Assembly (NCBI RefSeq): GCF_044324875.1
Contig: NZ_CP172185.1
DNA length: 64,000 bases
From: Escherichia coli
Lineage (GTDB): Bacteria > Pseudomonadota > Gammaproteobacteria > Enterobacterales > Enterobacteriaceae
Direction: 5' to 3' (one strand)
The notes under the pieces are model-generated. The model did not search any database and was not told the origin of the DNA. It saw nothing but the letters and a program-made list of their open reading frames with translations. Shown here piece by piece: positions 22,989 through 31,855 of this stretch; within the stretch, counting starts at the first letter, position 1, and each line of letters begins with the position of its first letter. The position numbers and the translations under genes are program-made.

Positions 22989-23046
22989 ATGCTGCAAATC
23001 CCACAGAATTATATTCATACGCGCTCAACGCCTTTCTGGAATAAAC
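22989..23046 (+). pseudogene. yeaR: yeaR 5' fragment (codons 1-19), interrupted by the IS66-family insertion
   Basis: ATG 22989 with GGAGG RBS; MLQIPQNYIHTRSTPFWNK then the frame runs into the IS; the remainder of yeaR resumes in frame at 25496. Confidence 0.85.
23039..23046. repeat. Target-site duplication GAATAAAC (left copy) of the IS66-family insertion
   Basis: Identical 8-mer flanks both IS ends (23039-23046 and 25489-25496). Confidence 0.85.
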
Positions 23047-23083
23047 GTAAGCGTACAGCGAGGGCCGTATTGACGGGGATGTG

Positions 23084-24622
23084 TTATTCAGCTGGCAGTG
23101 CTATGCGCCACGGAAGCAGTTCGCTGACCCGGTTGACCGGCCAGTCTGCTATGACGCCAAGCACATGGCGAAGGTAGCTTTCTGGATCCACGTCATTCAG
23201 TTTGCACGTCCCTATCAGGCTGTACAGTAGCGCTCCCCGCTCACCACCATGGCCAGAGCCGAAGAACAGGAAGTTTTTACGACCCAGACTTACCGCCCGC
23301 AGGGCATTTTCAGCGATGTTGTTGTCGATTTCCACCCAGCCATCGTTCGCATAGTACGTCAGTGCCGGCCACTGGTTAAGTGCGTACGCGAACGCCTTCG
23401 CCAACTCTGAGTGTCGCGACAGGGTCTTCATCTTTTCACGCAACCAGCTTTCCAGGGATTTCAACAGCGGTTTCGTTTTTCGCTGACGTTCAGCAAGCCG
23501 CTGCTCTGCCGGCATTCCCCTTATATCCGCCTCTATGGCGTACAACTGACCGATCTGCTCCAGGGCTTCTTCCGTCAGTGCTGACGGGATGCGGACGTGC
23601 ACATCGTGGATCTTTCGGCGGGCATGAGCCCAGCAGGCAGCTTCCGTTATCCCACCATTGCGATACAGCTCGTTGAACCCGGCGTACGCATCCGCTTGCA
23701 GCACACCGCTGAAGCAAGCAAGATGAGTCTGCGGATGGATGCCTTTTCTGTCCGGGCTGTAAGCGAACCACACTGCAGGTGCCAACGCTGACCCGGCATT
23801 GCGGTCATCACGAACATACGCCCACAACCGCCCGGTCTTCGTCTTCTTATTACCCGGCATCAGTACCTGGACCGGGGTATCATCGGCATGGAGTTTGCCG
23901 TCAGTCATGACATAGCCATGAAGCGCCTCTTCCAGCGGAGACAGCAGCCGGCAGCATGCATCCACCCAGCCCGACAGCAGTGAACGGCTCAGCTCCACAC
24001 CTTGCCGGCCGTATATTTCTGACTGGCGATACAGCGGGGTGTGCTCTGCATACTTCGAGGTCAGCACGCGGGCCAGCAGCCCCGGTCCGGCGATACCCCG
24101 CTCGATGGGCCGCGAAGGTGCAGGTGCCTGCACGATGGCATCGCACTGAGTACAGGCATGTTTTTCCCGTACCGTCCGGATAACCCGGAAGGCGCTACGC
24201 ATCAACTCCAGCTGTTCGGCGGTATCCTCGCCCAGATAGCTCAGTGAACCGCCGCAGTTCGGGCAGCACGGCGCCGCAGGCAACAGTCGCTTTTCGTCAC
24301 GGGGTAGTGATTCAGGGAACGGCTTACGGATGCGGGTCTGACGCAACGGACGCTGTACTGCCGGGTCATACACCCTACCAGTCAGCGTATCGCTCTCTTT
24401 CTGAAGCTGGTTCAGATCGGCTTCCATTTGTGCGATACGGCGGGAGACTTTTTCGGAACGACTGCCGAAGTTCATCCGGCGGAGTTTATCCAGCTGCGCC
24501 TGCAGATGGTCTATTTCGCGCTCCCGGTTGCTCAGCTTTTCCTGCAGGGCGTGGATCAGCGCTTCCTGTTCGGCCAGGCGCTGTTTCAGCAGGAAGATGT
24601 CGTCAGAAGAGATGTCGTTCAT
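23084..24622 (-). CDS. IS66-family transposase TnpC (orf3)
   Basis: 512-aa ORF with N-terminal coiled-coil/leucine zipper, zinc-finger-like CxxC pair and DDE region typical of IS66 TnpC. Confidence 0.9.
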   Translation of the reverse strand: MNDISSDDIFLLKQRLAEQEALIHALQEKLSNREREIDHLQAQLDKLRRMNFGSRSEKVSRRIAQMEADLNQLQKESDTLTGRVYDPAVQRPLRQTRIRKPFPESLPRDEKRLLPAAPCCPNCGGSLSYLGEDTAEQLELMRSAFRVIRTVREKHACTQCDAIVQAPAPSRPIERGIAGPGLLARVLTSKYAEHTPLYRQSEIYGRQGVELSRSLLSGWVDACCRLLSPLEEALHGYVMTDGKLHADDTPVQVLMPGNKKTKTGRLWAYVRDDRNAGSALAPAVWFAYSPDRKGIHPQTHLACFSGVLQADAYAGFNELYRNGGITEAACWAHARRKIHDVHVRIPSALTEEALEQIGQLYAIEADIRGMPAEQRLAERQRKTKPLLKSLESWLREKMKTLSRHSELAKAFAYALNQWPALTYYANDGWVEIDNNIAENALRAVSLGRKNFLFFGSGHGGERGALLYSLIGTCKLNDVDPESYLRHVLGVIADWPVNRVSELLPWRIALPAE

Positions 24623-24671
24623 AAGCCCGTATTTTACCGGGCTTATTCTGTGACAACCAGGATAAAGAGAT

Positions 24672-25019
24672 TTACAGCATGGTCAGGGAGGTCAGCAGCC
24701 GCTTAGGCTGTCGCCAGTCGATACCTTCCAGCAGCATCGCCAGCTGCGCCTGTGTAAGGAACACTTTGCCATCACGGGCTGACGGCCAGGCGAAGCGCCC
24801 ACGCTCCAGCCGTTTGGTCAGGAGGCACAGTCCGTCACCGGTGGACCACAGCAGTTTAACCTGACTGCCGCTGCGGCCCCGGAAAATGAAAACATGGCCG
24901 GACATGGGATCGTCTTTCAGCGCCGTCTGTACTTTCGCAGCCAGGCCGTTGAAGCCATTTCTCATATCGGTGATACCGGCAACCAGCCAAATTTTGGTCC
25001 CGGAAGGTAAAGGGATCAT
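24672..25019 (-). CDS. IS66-family accessory protein TnpB (orf2)
   Basis: 115-aa [30 protein letters not shown]...; start overlaps the tnpA stop (ATGA) as is typical. Confidence 0.88.
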   Translation of the reverse strand: MIPLPSGTKIWLVAGITDMRNGFNGLAAKVQTALKDDPMSGHVFIFRGRSGSQVKLLWSTGDGLCLLTKRLERGRFAWPSARDGKVFLTQAQLAMLLEGIDWRQPKRLLTSLTML

Positions 25020-25417
25020 CGCTTCAGTTCCTGTATCAGCAGAGTCAGGAGCTTTTCGCTGACATTGCCATTGAAGCGGAGCGTCCCGTGCCGGAACGTT
25101 ACCTCACAGCTGATACTGAGGGTTTCCGGGTCCTCTGCGAGCGATTCTGGCTGTTCGGCAGCTGCATCGAGAGTCACAGGAAGTAGCTGGGGGCTCTCTG
25201 AAGAAGGTAATAGCAGCTTTCCCTCGCGCCATTGTTGTCGCCATTTGAACAACAGATTGGCGTTAATGCCATTTTCAAGAGCAAGTTTTGAGATGGATAT
25301 CCCGGGTTCACAGGAGGCAGCAACGAGCTGCTGTTTAAATTCGGGAGGATAATTAGGGCAGCCTTTTCGCCTGCCGGGAGTCACATTTTTCTGCATATCT
25401 GACACTTTGGTTCCCAC
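25016..25417 (-). CDS. IS66-family accessory protein TnpA (orf1)
   Basis: 133-aa ORF upstream of tnpB within the same element. Confidence 0.85.
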   Translation of the reverse strand: MGTKVSDMQKNVTPGRRKGCPNYPPEFKQQLVAASCEPGISISKLALENGINANLLFKWRQQWREGKLLLPSSESPQLLPVTLDAAAEQPESLAEDPETLSISCEVTFRHGTLRFNGNVSEKLLTLLIQELKR

Positions 25418-25488
25418 TACTTATTTGGTGGACACCACTTTGTCTAATTCGTCAGATTCTGACCAGACGGTTCAGGCTGTACGCTTAC

Positions 25489-25496
25489 GAATAAAC
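25489..25496. repeat. Target-site duplication GAATAAAC (right copy) of the IS66-family insertion
   Basis: Identical to 23039-23046. Confidence 0.85.
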
Positions 25497-25798
25497 AAAC
25501 TGCGCCTGCCGGAATATTCGAACGTCATCTTGATAAAGGAACGCGCCCGGGAGTTTACCCACGCCTTTCCGTTATGCATGGGGCGGTCAAATATCTCGGC
25601 TACCCTGATGAACACAGTGCAGAGCCTGATCAAGTGATCCTTATCGAAGCGGGGCAGTTTGCGGTGTTCCCTCCAGAAAAGTGGCACAACATTGAAGCCA
25701 TGACTGACGATACTTATTTCAACATTGACTTCTTCGTTGCTCCTGAAGTCCTGATGGAAGGCGCGCAACAACGGAAAGTCATTCATAACGGGAAATGA
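25496..25798 (+). pseudogene. yeaR: yeaR 3' fragment (codons 20-119, DUF1971 protein), separated from its promoter and start by the IS
   Basis: In frame with the 5' fragment once one TSD copy and the IS are removed; translation QTAPAGIFERHLDKGTRPGVYPRLSVMHGAVKYLGYPDEH...HNGK; reconstituted length 119 aa. Confidence 0.85.
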
Positions 25799-25801
25799 AT
25801 C

Positions 25802-25984
25802 ATGGGCAAAGCAACGTATACCGTGACCGTCACCAATAACAGCAATGGCGTTTCTGTCGATTATGAAACAGAGACGCCGATGACTTTGCTGGTGCCAGAA
25901 GTGGCGGCTGAAGTGATAAAAGATCTGGTGAATACCGTGCGTTCTTATGACACGGAAAACGAACATGATGTTTGTGGTTGGTAA
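25802..25984 (+). CDS. yoaG: DUF1869 small protein YoaG (60 aa)
   Basis: ORF MGKATYTVTVTNNSNGVSVDYETETPMTLLVPEVAAEVIKDLVNTVRSYDTENEHDVCGW starting 4 bp after the yeaR stop. Confidence 0.85.
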   Translation: MGKATYTVTVTNNSNGVSVDYETETPMTLLVPEVAAEVIKDLVNTVRSYDTENEHDVCGW

Positions 25985-26131
25985 TTATCTCTGATCGTTG
26001 ATGGCGCAATTTCTGCGCCATCGCAAAAAAATCCTCCGTGATGCTCGTCACAAATCTTGCCCTCCCGATGTTGTGCTATGCTTTTTATCAGCGACTAACC
26101 CGCTAATGCAAAACAGATAAGTGAGGAAACA

Positions 26132-26380
26132 ATGGGCATTCTGTCATGGATTATTTTTGGGCTTATTGCCGGTATTCTGGCGAAGTGGATCATGCCAGGT
26201 AAAGATGGTGGTGGATTCTTTATGACTATCCTGCTGGGGATAGTCGGTGCCGTAGTCGGCGGATGGATCAGCACGCTGTTTGGCTTTGGTAAAGTCGATG
26301 GCTTCAATTTTGGCAGCTTCGTGGTTGCCGTTATTGGCGCGATTGTCGTGCTGTTTATCTACAGAAAGATTAAAAGTTAA
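26132..26380 (+). CDS. yeaQ: GlsB/YeaQ/YmgE-family small membrane stress protein
   Basis: 82-aa ORF with two hydrophobic helices (MGILSWIIFGLIAGILAKWIMPG...). Confidence 0.9.
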   Translation: MGILSWIIFGLIAGILAKWIMPGKDGGGFFMTILLGIVGAVVGGWISTLFGFGKVDGFNFGSFVVAVIGAIVVLFIYRKIKS

Positions 26381-26394
26381 CGCGTAAATTGCAC

Positions 26395-26426
26395 AAAGGC
26401 TGCACACAGGCAGCCTTTGCTATTTT
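26395..26426. terminator. Hairpin terminator between convergent yeaQ and yoaJ (aaaggctgc acacag gcagccttt, then T-rich)
   Basis: 9-bp inverted repeat plus T-rich tail seen in sequence. Confidence 0.5.
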
Positions 26427-26438
26427 CTAGATGTGACG

Positions 26439-26513
26439 TTACCACCATCCCAGCTCAGTGCCGAGTACGACAATAATAGCCACACCCATCATAATAATCG
26501 TTGTTTTTTTCAT
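26439..26513 (-). CDS. yoaJ: Small membrane protein YoaJ (24 aa)
   Basis: Minus-strand ORF MKKTTIIMMGVAIIVVLGTELGWW; start codon 2 nt after the yoaK stop. Confidence 0.75.
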   Translation of the reverse strand: MKKTTIIMMGVAIIVVLGTELGWW

Positions 26514-26515
26514 CT

Positions 26516-26614
26516 TTATGCTCCCGGGGCAGCATAGCCGCCAATAAAAAACCATGCTAAAAATACGACCGCTGTAATAAAGATTACAACCGGAAAAATA
26601 ATACCGATTCGCAT
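26516..26614 (-). CDS. yoaK: Small membrane protein YoaK (32 aa)
   Basis: Minus-strand ORF MRIGIIFPVVIFITAVVFLAWFFIGGYAAPGA. Confidence 0.75.
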   Translation of the reverse strand: MRIGIIFPVVIFITAVVFLAWFFIGGYAAPGA

Positions 26615-26646
26615 GTTATCACCAATCAAAAGGATGTGAATACGCC

Positions 26647-27672
26647 TCAGGAATGTAGCGCTGGATGCGCGACAAAAGGTGTTTTCTGTTTGTGTTTTTT
26701 CTCCTGATACATCGCGATATCGGCAGCATGCAGGGCACTGTCTGCATCGGTCGTTTCAGGATCGACTTCTACTATGCCAAGACTGGCACCGGGATAATAC
26801 AAATCAACATCACCTAAGTGATATTCTCCGCGTATTTGCTGCTGAATACGTTCTCGCAGAGACGAAATATCCGCATTCTCGTTGTTCAGTGAAACAACCA
26901 AAAACTCATCACCGCCGAGACGACCAATAACTTCGCCATTTTGCTGGAGCGTATTAAGGCGCTCGCCAACCTGAATGAGGAACAAATCACCACTATTATG
27001 ACCAAAACGATCGTTGATTAATTTGAAGTTATCCAGATCGATAAACGCGATCATTATCTTATGGTTAAGATGTCGGGCGAGAGAAAACAGCGTCGTCAGG
27101 TTTTCAAAAATCGCCCGCCGATTCGGTAGCCCGGTTAACGAGTCGGTATACGATTGCGCAATCAGCGCAGCATTGGCTTCGCGCAGCTGTTCAACCAGTG
27201 CCTCTTTTTGAATATATTGTGCAATCAGTCCGGCGAATAACTGTAAAACCTGTTCCGCGCGTTCACTCCACTGGCGCTTCTCACTACTGGCGGCGCAAAG
27301 CGTGCCATAGAATGATCCATCCGGTAAGTGAATTGGCGTGCTCAGAAATGTGGTGATGCCAAGATTGCGTGCCGCAATACAGTCGCCCCAACGGTCAGGG
27401 ACTTCATCGCTGAAAAAGCAGTTTTCATCAATGGCGCGTTTGCATAACGAGTAATCCCACGAGACGGTAAAATTCTCCGGGATGTGCATTTTCTGGCTGT
27501 TACGGGCAAACATAATATGCTGCAGGCGCGCTTCGACATCCACTTTGGTCAGGTAGGTTGATTCCATATCAGTGACCATTTCCAGCATCTCCAGAAGCTG
27601 TCGGACCAGACTTTCCAGTGACTGTTCTTTGGCAAGGGATTGTGAGACGCGGGCGATAATCTGATCTGACAC
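26647..27672 (-). CDS. dgcP: Diguanylate cyclase DgcP (YeaP), GAF plus GGDEF domains
   Basis: ORF 26647-27801; start assigned to GTG at 27672 (MSDQIIARVSQ...) to give 341 aa; GGDEF motif (RLGGDEFLVV) present. Confidence 0.88.
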   Translation of the reverse strand: MSDQIIARVSQSLAKEQSLESLVRQLLEMLEMVTDMESTYLTKVDVEARLQHIMFARNSQKMHIPENFTVSWDYSLCKRAIDENCFFSDEVPDRWGDCIAARNLGITTFLSTPIHLPDGSFYGTLCAASSEKRQWSERAEQVLQLFAGLIAQYIQKEALVEQLREANAALIAQSYTDSLTGLPNRRAIFENLTTLFSLARHLNHKIMIAFIDLDNFKLINDRFGHNSGDLFLIQVGERLNTLQQNGEVIGRLGGDEFLVVSLNNENADISSLRERIQQQIRGEYHLGDVDLYYPGASLGIVEVDPETTDADSALHAADIAMYQEKKHKQKTPFVAHPALHS

Positions 27673-27854
27673 GAAACAACTCCAGGATACGGCGGGTAAA
27701 TGCTGATTATTTAATCTTTGCAGGCATGATAAAACATCATCAACAAAGATGAAACAAGGCGTAATATGATTTGAGTGAATGTAATAAAAATAGTGCTGCA
27801 AAACAAAACGATACCGCGATACTCTAAGTCTGGATAAATATGTGAGATCAATAA

Positions 27855-28109
27855 ATGAAAATTATCAGTTTTGTTCTGCCTTGCTTGCTGGTCCTGGCTG
27901 GTTGTTCAACCCCTTCTCAGCCAGAAGCACCCAAACCGCCGCAGATTGGTATGGCAAATCCGGCGTCGGTCTATTGCCAGCAGAAGGGCGGGACGCTCAT
28001 TCCAGTGCAGACAGCGCAAGGGGTCAGCAACAATTGCAAATTACCGGGCGGTGAAACGATTGATGAATGGGCATTGTGGCGACGGGACCATCCGGCTGGT
28101 GAAAAATAA
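27855..28109 (+). CDS. yoaF: DUF333 lipoprotein YoaF
   Basis: 84-aa ORF with signal peptide and lipobox (LVLAGCSTP). Confidence 0.88.
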   Translation: MKIISFVLPCLLVLAGCSTPSQPEAPKPPQIGMANPASVYCQQKGGTLIPVQTAQGVSNNCKLPGGETIDEWALWRRDHPAGEK

Positions 28110-28130
28110 CCGCCGGATGCTGTACTAAAA

Positions 28131-28478
28131 TCATAAGCTACGTAGCCAGTCGGCCAGCACCAGCGCATGGTTCTGCGTGGTGTTTTTGGCTGAGTAGAGC
28201 AGGGTCAGCGGCTGTTTTTTGGCGATGTCCGCCAGCCGCTTTCCTTCTTGCTCGTGTTGCGCCAGTTCTGCAAGATATTGCTCGCGAAAGGTTGCAAAAT
28301 CGACGACTTCGCCGTGAAAGGCTTTGCGCAGTTCCGTTGACGGCGTGATTTCTTTATCCCACTCATCAAGGGCTAAATCGGTTTTTTTGATACCGCGCGG
28401 CCAGAGGCGGTCGACCAGTACGCGATATCCATCGCTCTGTTCAGCCGGATCATAAACGCGTTTGCACTGAATATTCAT
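28131..28478 (-). CDS. yeaO: DUF488 family protein YeaO
   Basis: ORF 28131-28499; start placed at MNIQCKRVYDP... to give 115 aa. Confidence 0.85.
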   Translation of the reverse strand: MNIQCKRVYDPAEQSDGYRVLVDRLWPRGIKKTDLALDEWDKEITPSTELRKAFHGEVVDFATFREQYLAELAQHEQEGKRLADIAKKQPLTLLYSAKNTTQNHALVLADWLRSL

Positions 28479-28532
28479 CGTGTTTGTTCTCCCTTCCACG
28501 CATGATTGGTCACGTCACTATAGCACCGGATA

Positions 28533-29714
28533 TTAGCGAATTTCTTTGTCTCTCCCGGCGCAAAGTCCGAAAATCGCCATCAGTAGTGAAAGTATGGCAA
28601 CACCCATCAATGGTATGGACCAGTCACCGTTAGTATCGTGTATTTTACCCATCAGCGGCGGCCCACAGGCTGCCAGCAAATACCCGACGGATTGTGCCAT
28701 CCCCGAGAGTGCCGCCGCCTGATGCGCAGAACTTGCCCGAAGACCAATGAACGTCAATCCCAGTATCATTGTTGCGCCGGAACCAAAGCCGAAAAGCAGA
28801 GTCCAGGTGATCGCGTGCGCTGGCATAAAGCAGAGCCCAACCGCGCCCACTGCGCACATCAAGGCAACGAACGCTGCAATACCACGCTGATCTTTCACAT
28901 GATGTAAGAAAAGTGGGATCAGCAAACCGGGAGCTGCTGTGGCTAGTTGCAGCAAACCATGCAGTGAACCCGCCTGTGCTTCGCTATAGCCGTGACTGAT
29001 GAGGATCGCCGGAAGCCAGCCAATAATCACGTAATAGACCAGTGAGTTGATCCCAAGAAACAATGTTACCTGCCAGGCAAGCGGAGAACGCCAGATACCC
29101 CGAGTATGTAAGGCGCGTGAGGTACTCAAATTTTCATGTTGTTGACTTCGCCACTGTGGCAGCCATAAAAAAAGAGCCAGCAGAGGAAAACACATCAGCA
29201 TGAGCAACGCGCCTTGCCAGCCAAAACCGTTCAAAGCCAGCGGCACGACCATAGCCGATCCCAGTGCCGCTGCAGCTCCCATTGTCAGGGAATATGCGCC
29301 GGTAAGTCTGGCGACGGAATGAGGGAAATCGCTTTTAATTAATCCTGGCAGTAAGACATTGCCTAATGCAATCCCACCGCCAATGACCGCTGTACCGCCA
29401 AATAAGAAGTAAGGCGAAGGGAGAGAGCGAATTGCGATGCCAGCACAGATCAAAAGTAACGCGGCAAACAGGCTACGTTCCATACCAAAACGTCGCGCCA
29501 CCGGGGCAGCCAGAGGTGAGATTAGCGCAAAGGCTAATAATGGCAGGGTGGTCAATAAGCCGGTTTGCGCCGTCGTCAGCGAGTAAGCGGAACGAATCGT
29601 ATCCAGTAACGGTGCTGCGCCGGTAAAGGTGACGCGTAATGTTGTGGCAATCATCAGAATACCAGCGATAAGGACAATCCTGTTTTTGCCGCTTAATGAA
29701 GTTGAACAGGTCAT
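28533..29714 (-). CDS. nimT: MFS transporter NimT (YeaN), 2-nitroimidazole exporter
   Basis: 393-aa 12-TM ORF; divergent from the AraC-type regulator gene nimR. Confidence 0.88.
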   Translation of the reverse strand: MTCSTSLSGKNRIVLIAGILMIATTLRVTFTGAAPLLDTIRSAYSLTTAQTGLLTTLPLLAFALISPLAAPVARRFGMERSLFAALLLICAGIAIRSLPSPYFLFGGTAVIGGGIALGNVLLPGLIKSDFPHSVARLTGAYSLTMGAAAALGSAMVVPLALNGFGWQGALLMLMCFPLLALFLWLPQWRSQQHENLSTSRALHTRGIWRSPLAWQVTLFLGINSLVYYVIIGWLPAILISHGYSEAQAGSLHGLLQLATAAPGLLIPLFLHHVKDQRGIAAFVALMCAVGAVGLCFMPAHAITWTLLFGFGSGATMILGLTFIGLRASSAHQAAALSGMAQSVGYLLAACGPPLMGKIHDTNGDWSIPLMGVAILSLLMAIFGLCAGRDKEIR

Positions 29715-29810
29715 ATGCTTCTCATTGTTACAAACGAGGCTGTACCTTACCGTTTTTATTGTTATGTTGAATCAAGCTAAAATGACAAATTATCGCTAAA
29801 TTCGGACAAA

Positions 29811-30632
29811 ATGATGCACAGGTTGAATCTCAATGGCTATGAACCCGACCGACACCATGAAGCCGCGGTCGCATTTTGTATTCACGCCGGAACGGATGAG
29901 TTAACCAGTCCTGTACATCAGCACCGCAAAGGACAGCTGATACTGGCGCTACATGGTGCAATTACCTGTACGGTGGAAAATGCTTTGTGGATGGTGCCAC
30001 CGCAATATGCGGTTTGGATACCGGGCGGGGTGGAACATAGCAATCAAGTGACAGCTAACGCTGAACTCTGTTTTCTGTTTATCGAACCCAGCGCAGTGAC
30101 AATGCCGACAACCTGTTGCACATTGAAAATATCGCCCTTATGCCGGGAATTAATTTTAACCCTGGCAAACAGAACGTCGACTCAGCGTGCTGAGCCGATG
30201 ACCCGCAGATTAATTCAGGTCCTGTTTGATGAACTCCCTCAGCAGCCACAACAACAGCTGCACCTACCCGTTTCTTCTCATCCTAAAATTCGCGCGATGG
30301 TGGAGATGATGGCGAAAGAGCCCGTCGAGTGGGGGTCATTGGGGCAATGGGCTCGCTTTTTTGCGATGAGTGAACGCAATCTTGCCCGACTGATAGTGAA
30401 AGAGACGGGGTTGAGTTTTCGCCAGTGGCGTCAGCAGTTACAGCTGATTATGGCGCTTCAGGGATTAGTGAAAGGCGATACTGTACAGAAAGTTGCTCAT
30501 ACGCTGGGGTATGATTCAACAACGGCCTTTATTACTATGTTTAAGAAAGGCCTGGGGCAAACGCCAGGCCGATATATTGCGGGATTAACTACTGTTTCCC
30601 CACAATCAGCGAAACCAGACCCGCGGCAATAA
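29811..30632 (+). CDS. nimR: AraC-family transcriptional regulator NimR (YeaM)
   Basis: 273-aa ORF with cupin-like N-terminus and C-terminal AraC HTH. Confidence 0.88.
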
Positions 30633-31035
30633 GCGGGCCAACCGGTACGCCGCGAAACAGCGCCACGCCCAAAACAGTGCCCACCAGCAGCCCGGCGACC
30701 AGTTGCGGCTGGCTGCCCATTAACGTCACGCCGCGCCCACCTAGCCAGGAGACAATAACGCCTACTGCAATTGCCACCAGCGATTTCCAGTTCAGAAACG
30801 AGTGAATCAGGGTTGAGGGCGGTAGCGTGCCGCTGGCGATGGGGGCCATAACGCCAATCGTCAGAATGATTATCCCGATACTTAGCCCCTGTTTTTCAAT
30901 CCACGGGAAAAAGGTGCTTAACGGTGTGACGCGGACAATGATTAACACCAGAATTGAAACGGCGACAGTGGTGTTATGACTGATAAAGCCCAGCGCAGCT
31001 AACCCGAGCAGGATCAGCAAAGTGACATCAAACAT
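30589..31035 (-). CDS. yeaL: DUF441/UPF0756 inner-membrane protein YeaL
   Basis: 148-aa hydrophobic ORF; its 3' end overlaps the 3' end of nimR by 44 bp (convergent). Confidence 0.88.
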
Positions 31036-31204
31036 CGTGGTTTCCTTGCCAAAAAATAATAAGCCTGCTTACTTTACGCTTGCTGCAGGAAGGAAGTAGA
31101 AAATCTTTACGTTTTTTGCATAAAAAATCAGGCGAACTGTCATCAAACTGCAATTTGTGCACGCTAACAATAACGTGAAAACAGCTATCTCCCGGGGGCA
31201 TACT

Positions 31205-31309
31205 ATGAACGATCAAATGTTCGTCGAGACACTGATTATCACGTCATCGTTTTTTGCCATTGCTGTTGTGCTGGTTTTGTCCGTTCTTCTTATCGAACGG
31301 ACAGGCTAG
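31205..31309 (+). CDS. yoaI: Small membrane protein YoaI (34 aa)
   Basis: [37 protein letters not shown]; its stop codon abuts the stop of convergent yeaK. Confidence 0.75.
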   Translation: MNDQMFVETLIITSSFFAIAVVLVLSVLLIERTG

Positions 31310-31813
31310 TTACGCAGTGCGGCGGAAATTGACCAGTTCTGGTTGCGCAATGCGCAAATAATCCGCGGTTTTCAAAATAACGGATTTATCCAGCATGCCT
31401 GCATTGAAGGCGATTTCATCAAATCGTTCGAAGAGTAGGGGATCGGCAACCAGTTTGAGTTTTGGATGGAAGCTGAAAGGGGTGATCGCGCCGAAGACAC
31501 AGCCTGTGAGTTCATCGACTTCCGCCGGGCTGGCCAACGAAGCGCGTAATCCGCCTATATGGCTGGCGAGTTGGCTCAGATCGGCCTGTTGATCGGCCGC
31601 GAGGATCGCCAGAACATGTTGATTTACACCATTGCCTTTGACTTTACATACCAGTGCCTTAGCCCCCTGGCCTAAAGCGGTGCCACGAATTTCTGACACC
31701 GCTTCACATTTACCTACCGCTTCATGGGTAACGACGCGGAAGTCAGCACCTTCTTGTGATAATAAAGCGATTAACCGCTGATGCGTCACGCTTCCTTTAG
31801 CCATTTCAGTCAT
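31310..31813 (-). CDS. yeaK: YbaK/ProX-type aminoacyl-tRNA deacylase YeaK
   Basis: 167-aa ORF MTEMAKGSVTHQRLIALLSQEGADFRVVTHEAVGKCEAV.... Confidence 0.88.
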   Translation of the reverse strand: MTEMAKGSVTHQRLIALLSQEGADFRVVTHEAVGKCEAVSEIRGTALGQGAKALVCKVKGNGVNQHVLAILAADQQADLSQLASHIGGLRASLASPAEVDELTGCVFGAITPFSFHPKLKLVADPLLFERFDEIAFNAGMLDKSVILKTADYLRIAQPELVNFRRTA

Positions 31814-31855
31814 TTCATGCTCCTGAGATTACAAGCAAACAACCACAGAAGGTTA

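Larger units (their letters stand above)
23047..25488 (-). mobile_element. IS66-family insertion sequence (ISEc8-like), 2442 bp, with terminal inverted repeats GTAAGCGTACAGC / GCTGTACGCTTAC
   Basis: Three-ORF tnpA-tnpB-tnpC organisation on the minus strand; perfect 13-bp terminal inverted repeats beginning GTAAGCG; 8-bp direct target duplication; the 2442-bp length matches what I recall for ISEc8. Confidence 0.9.
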
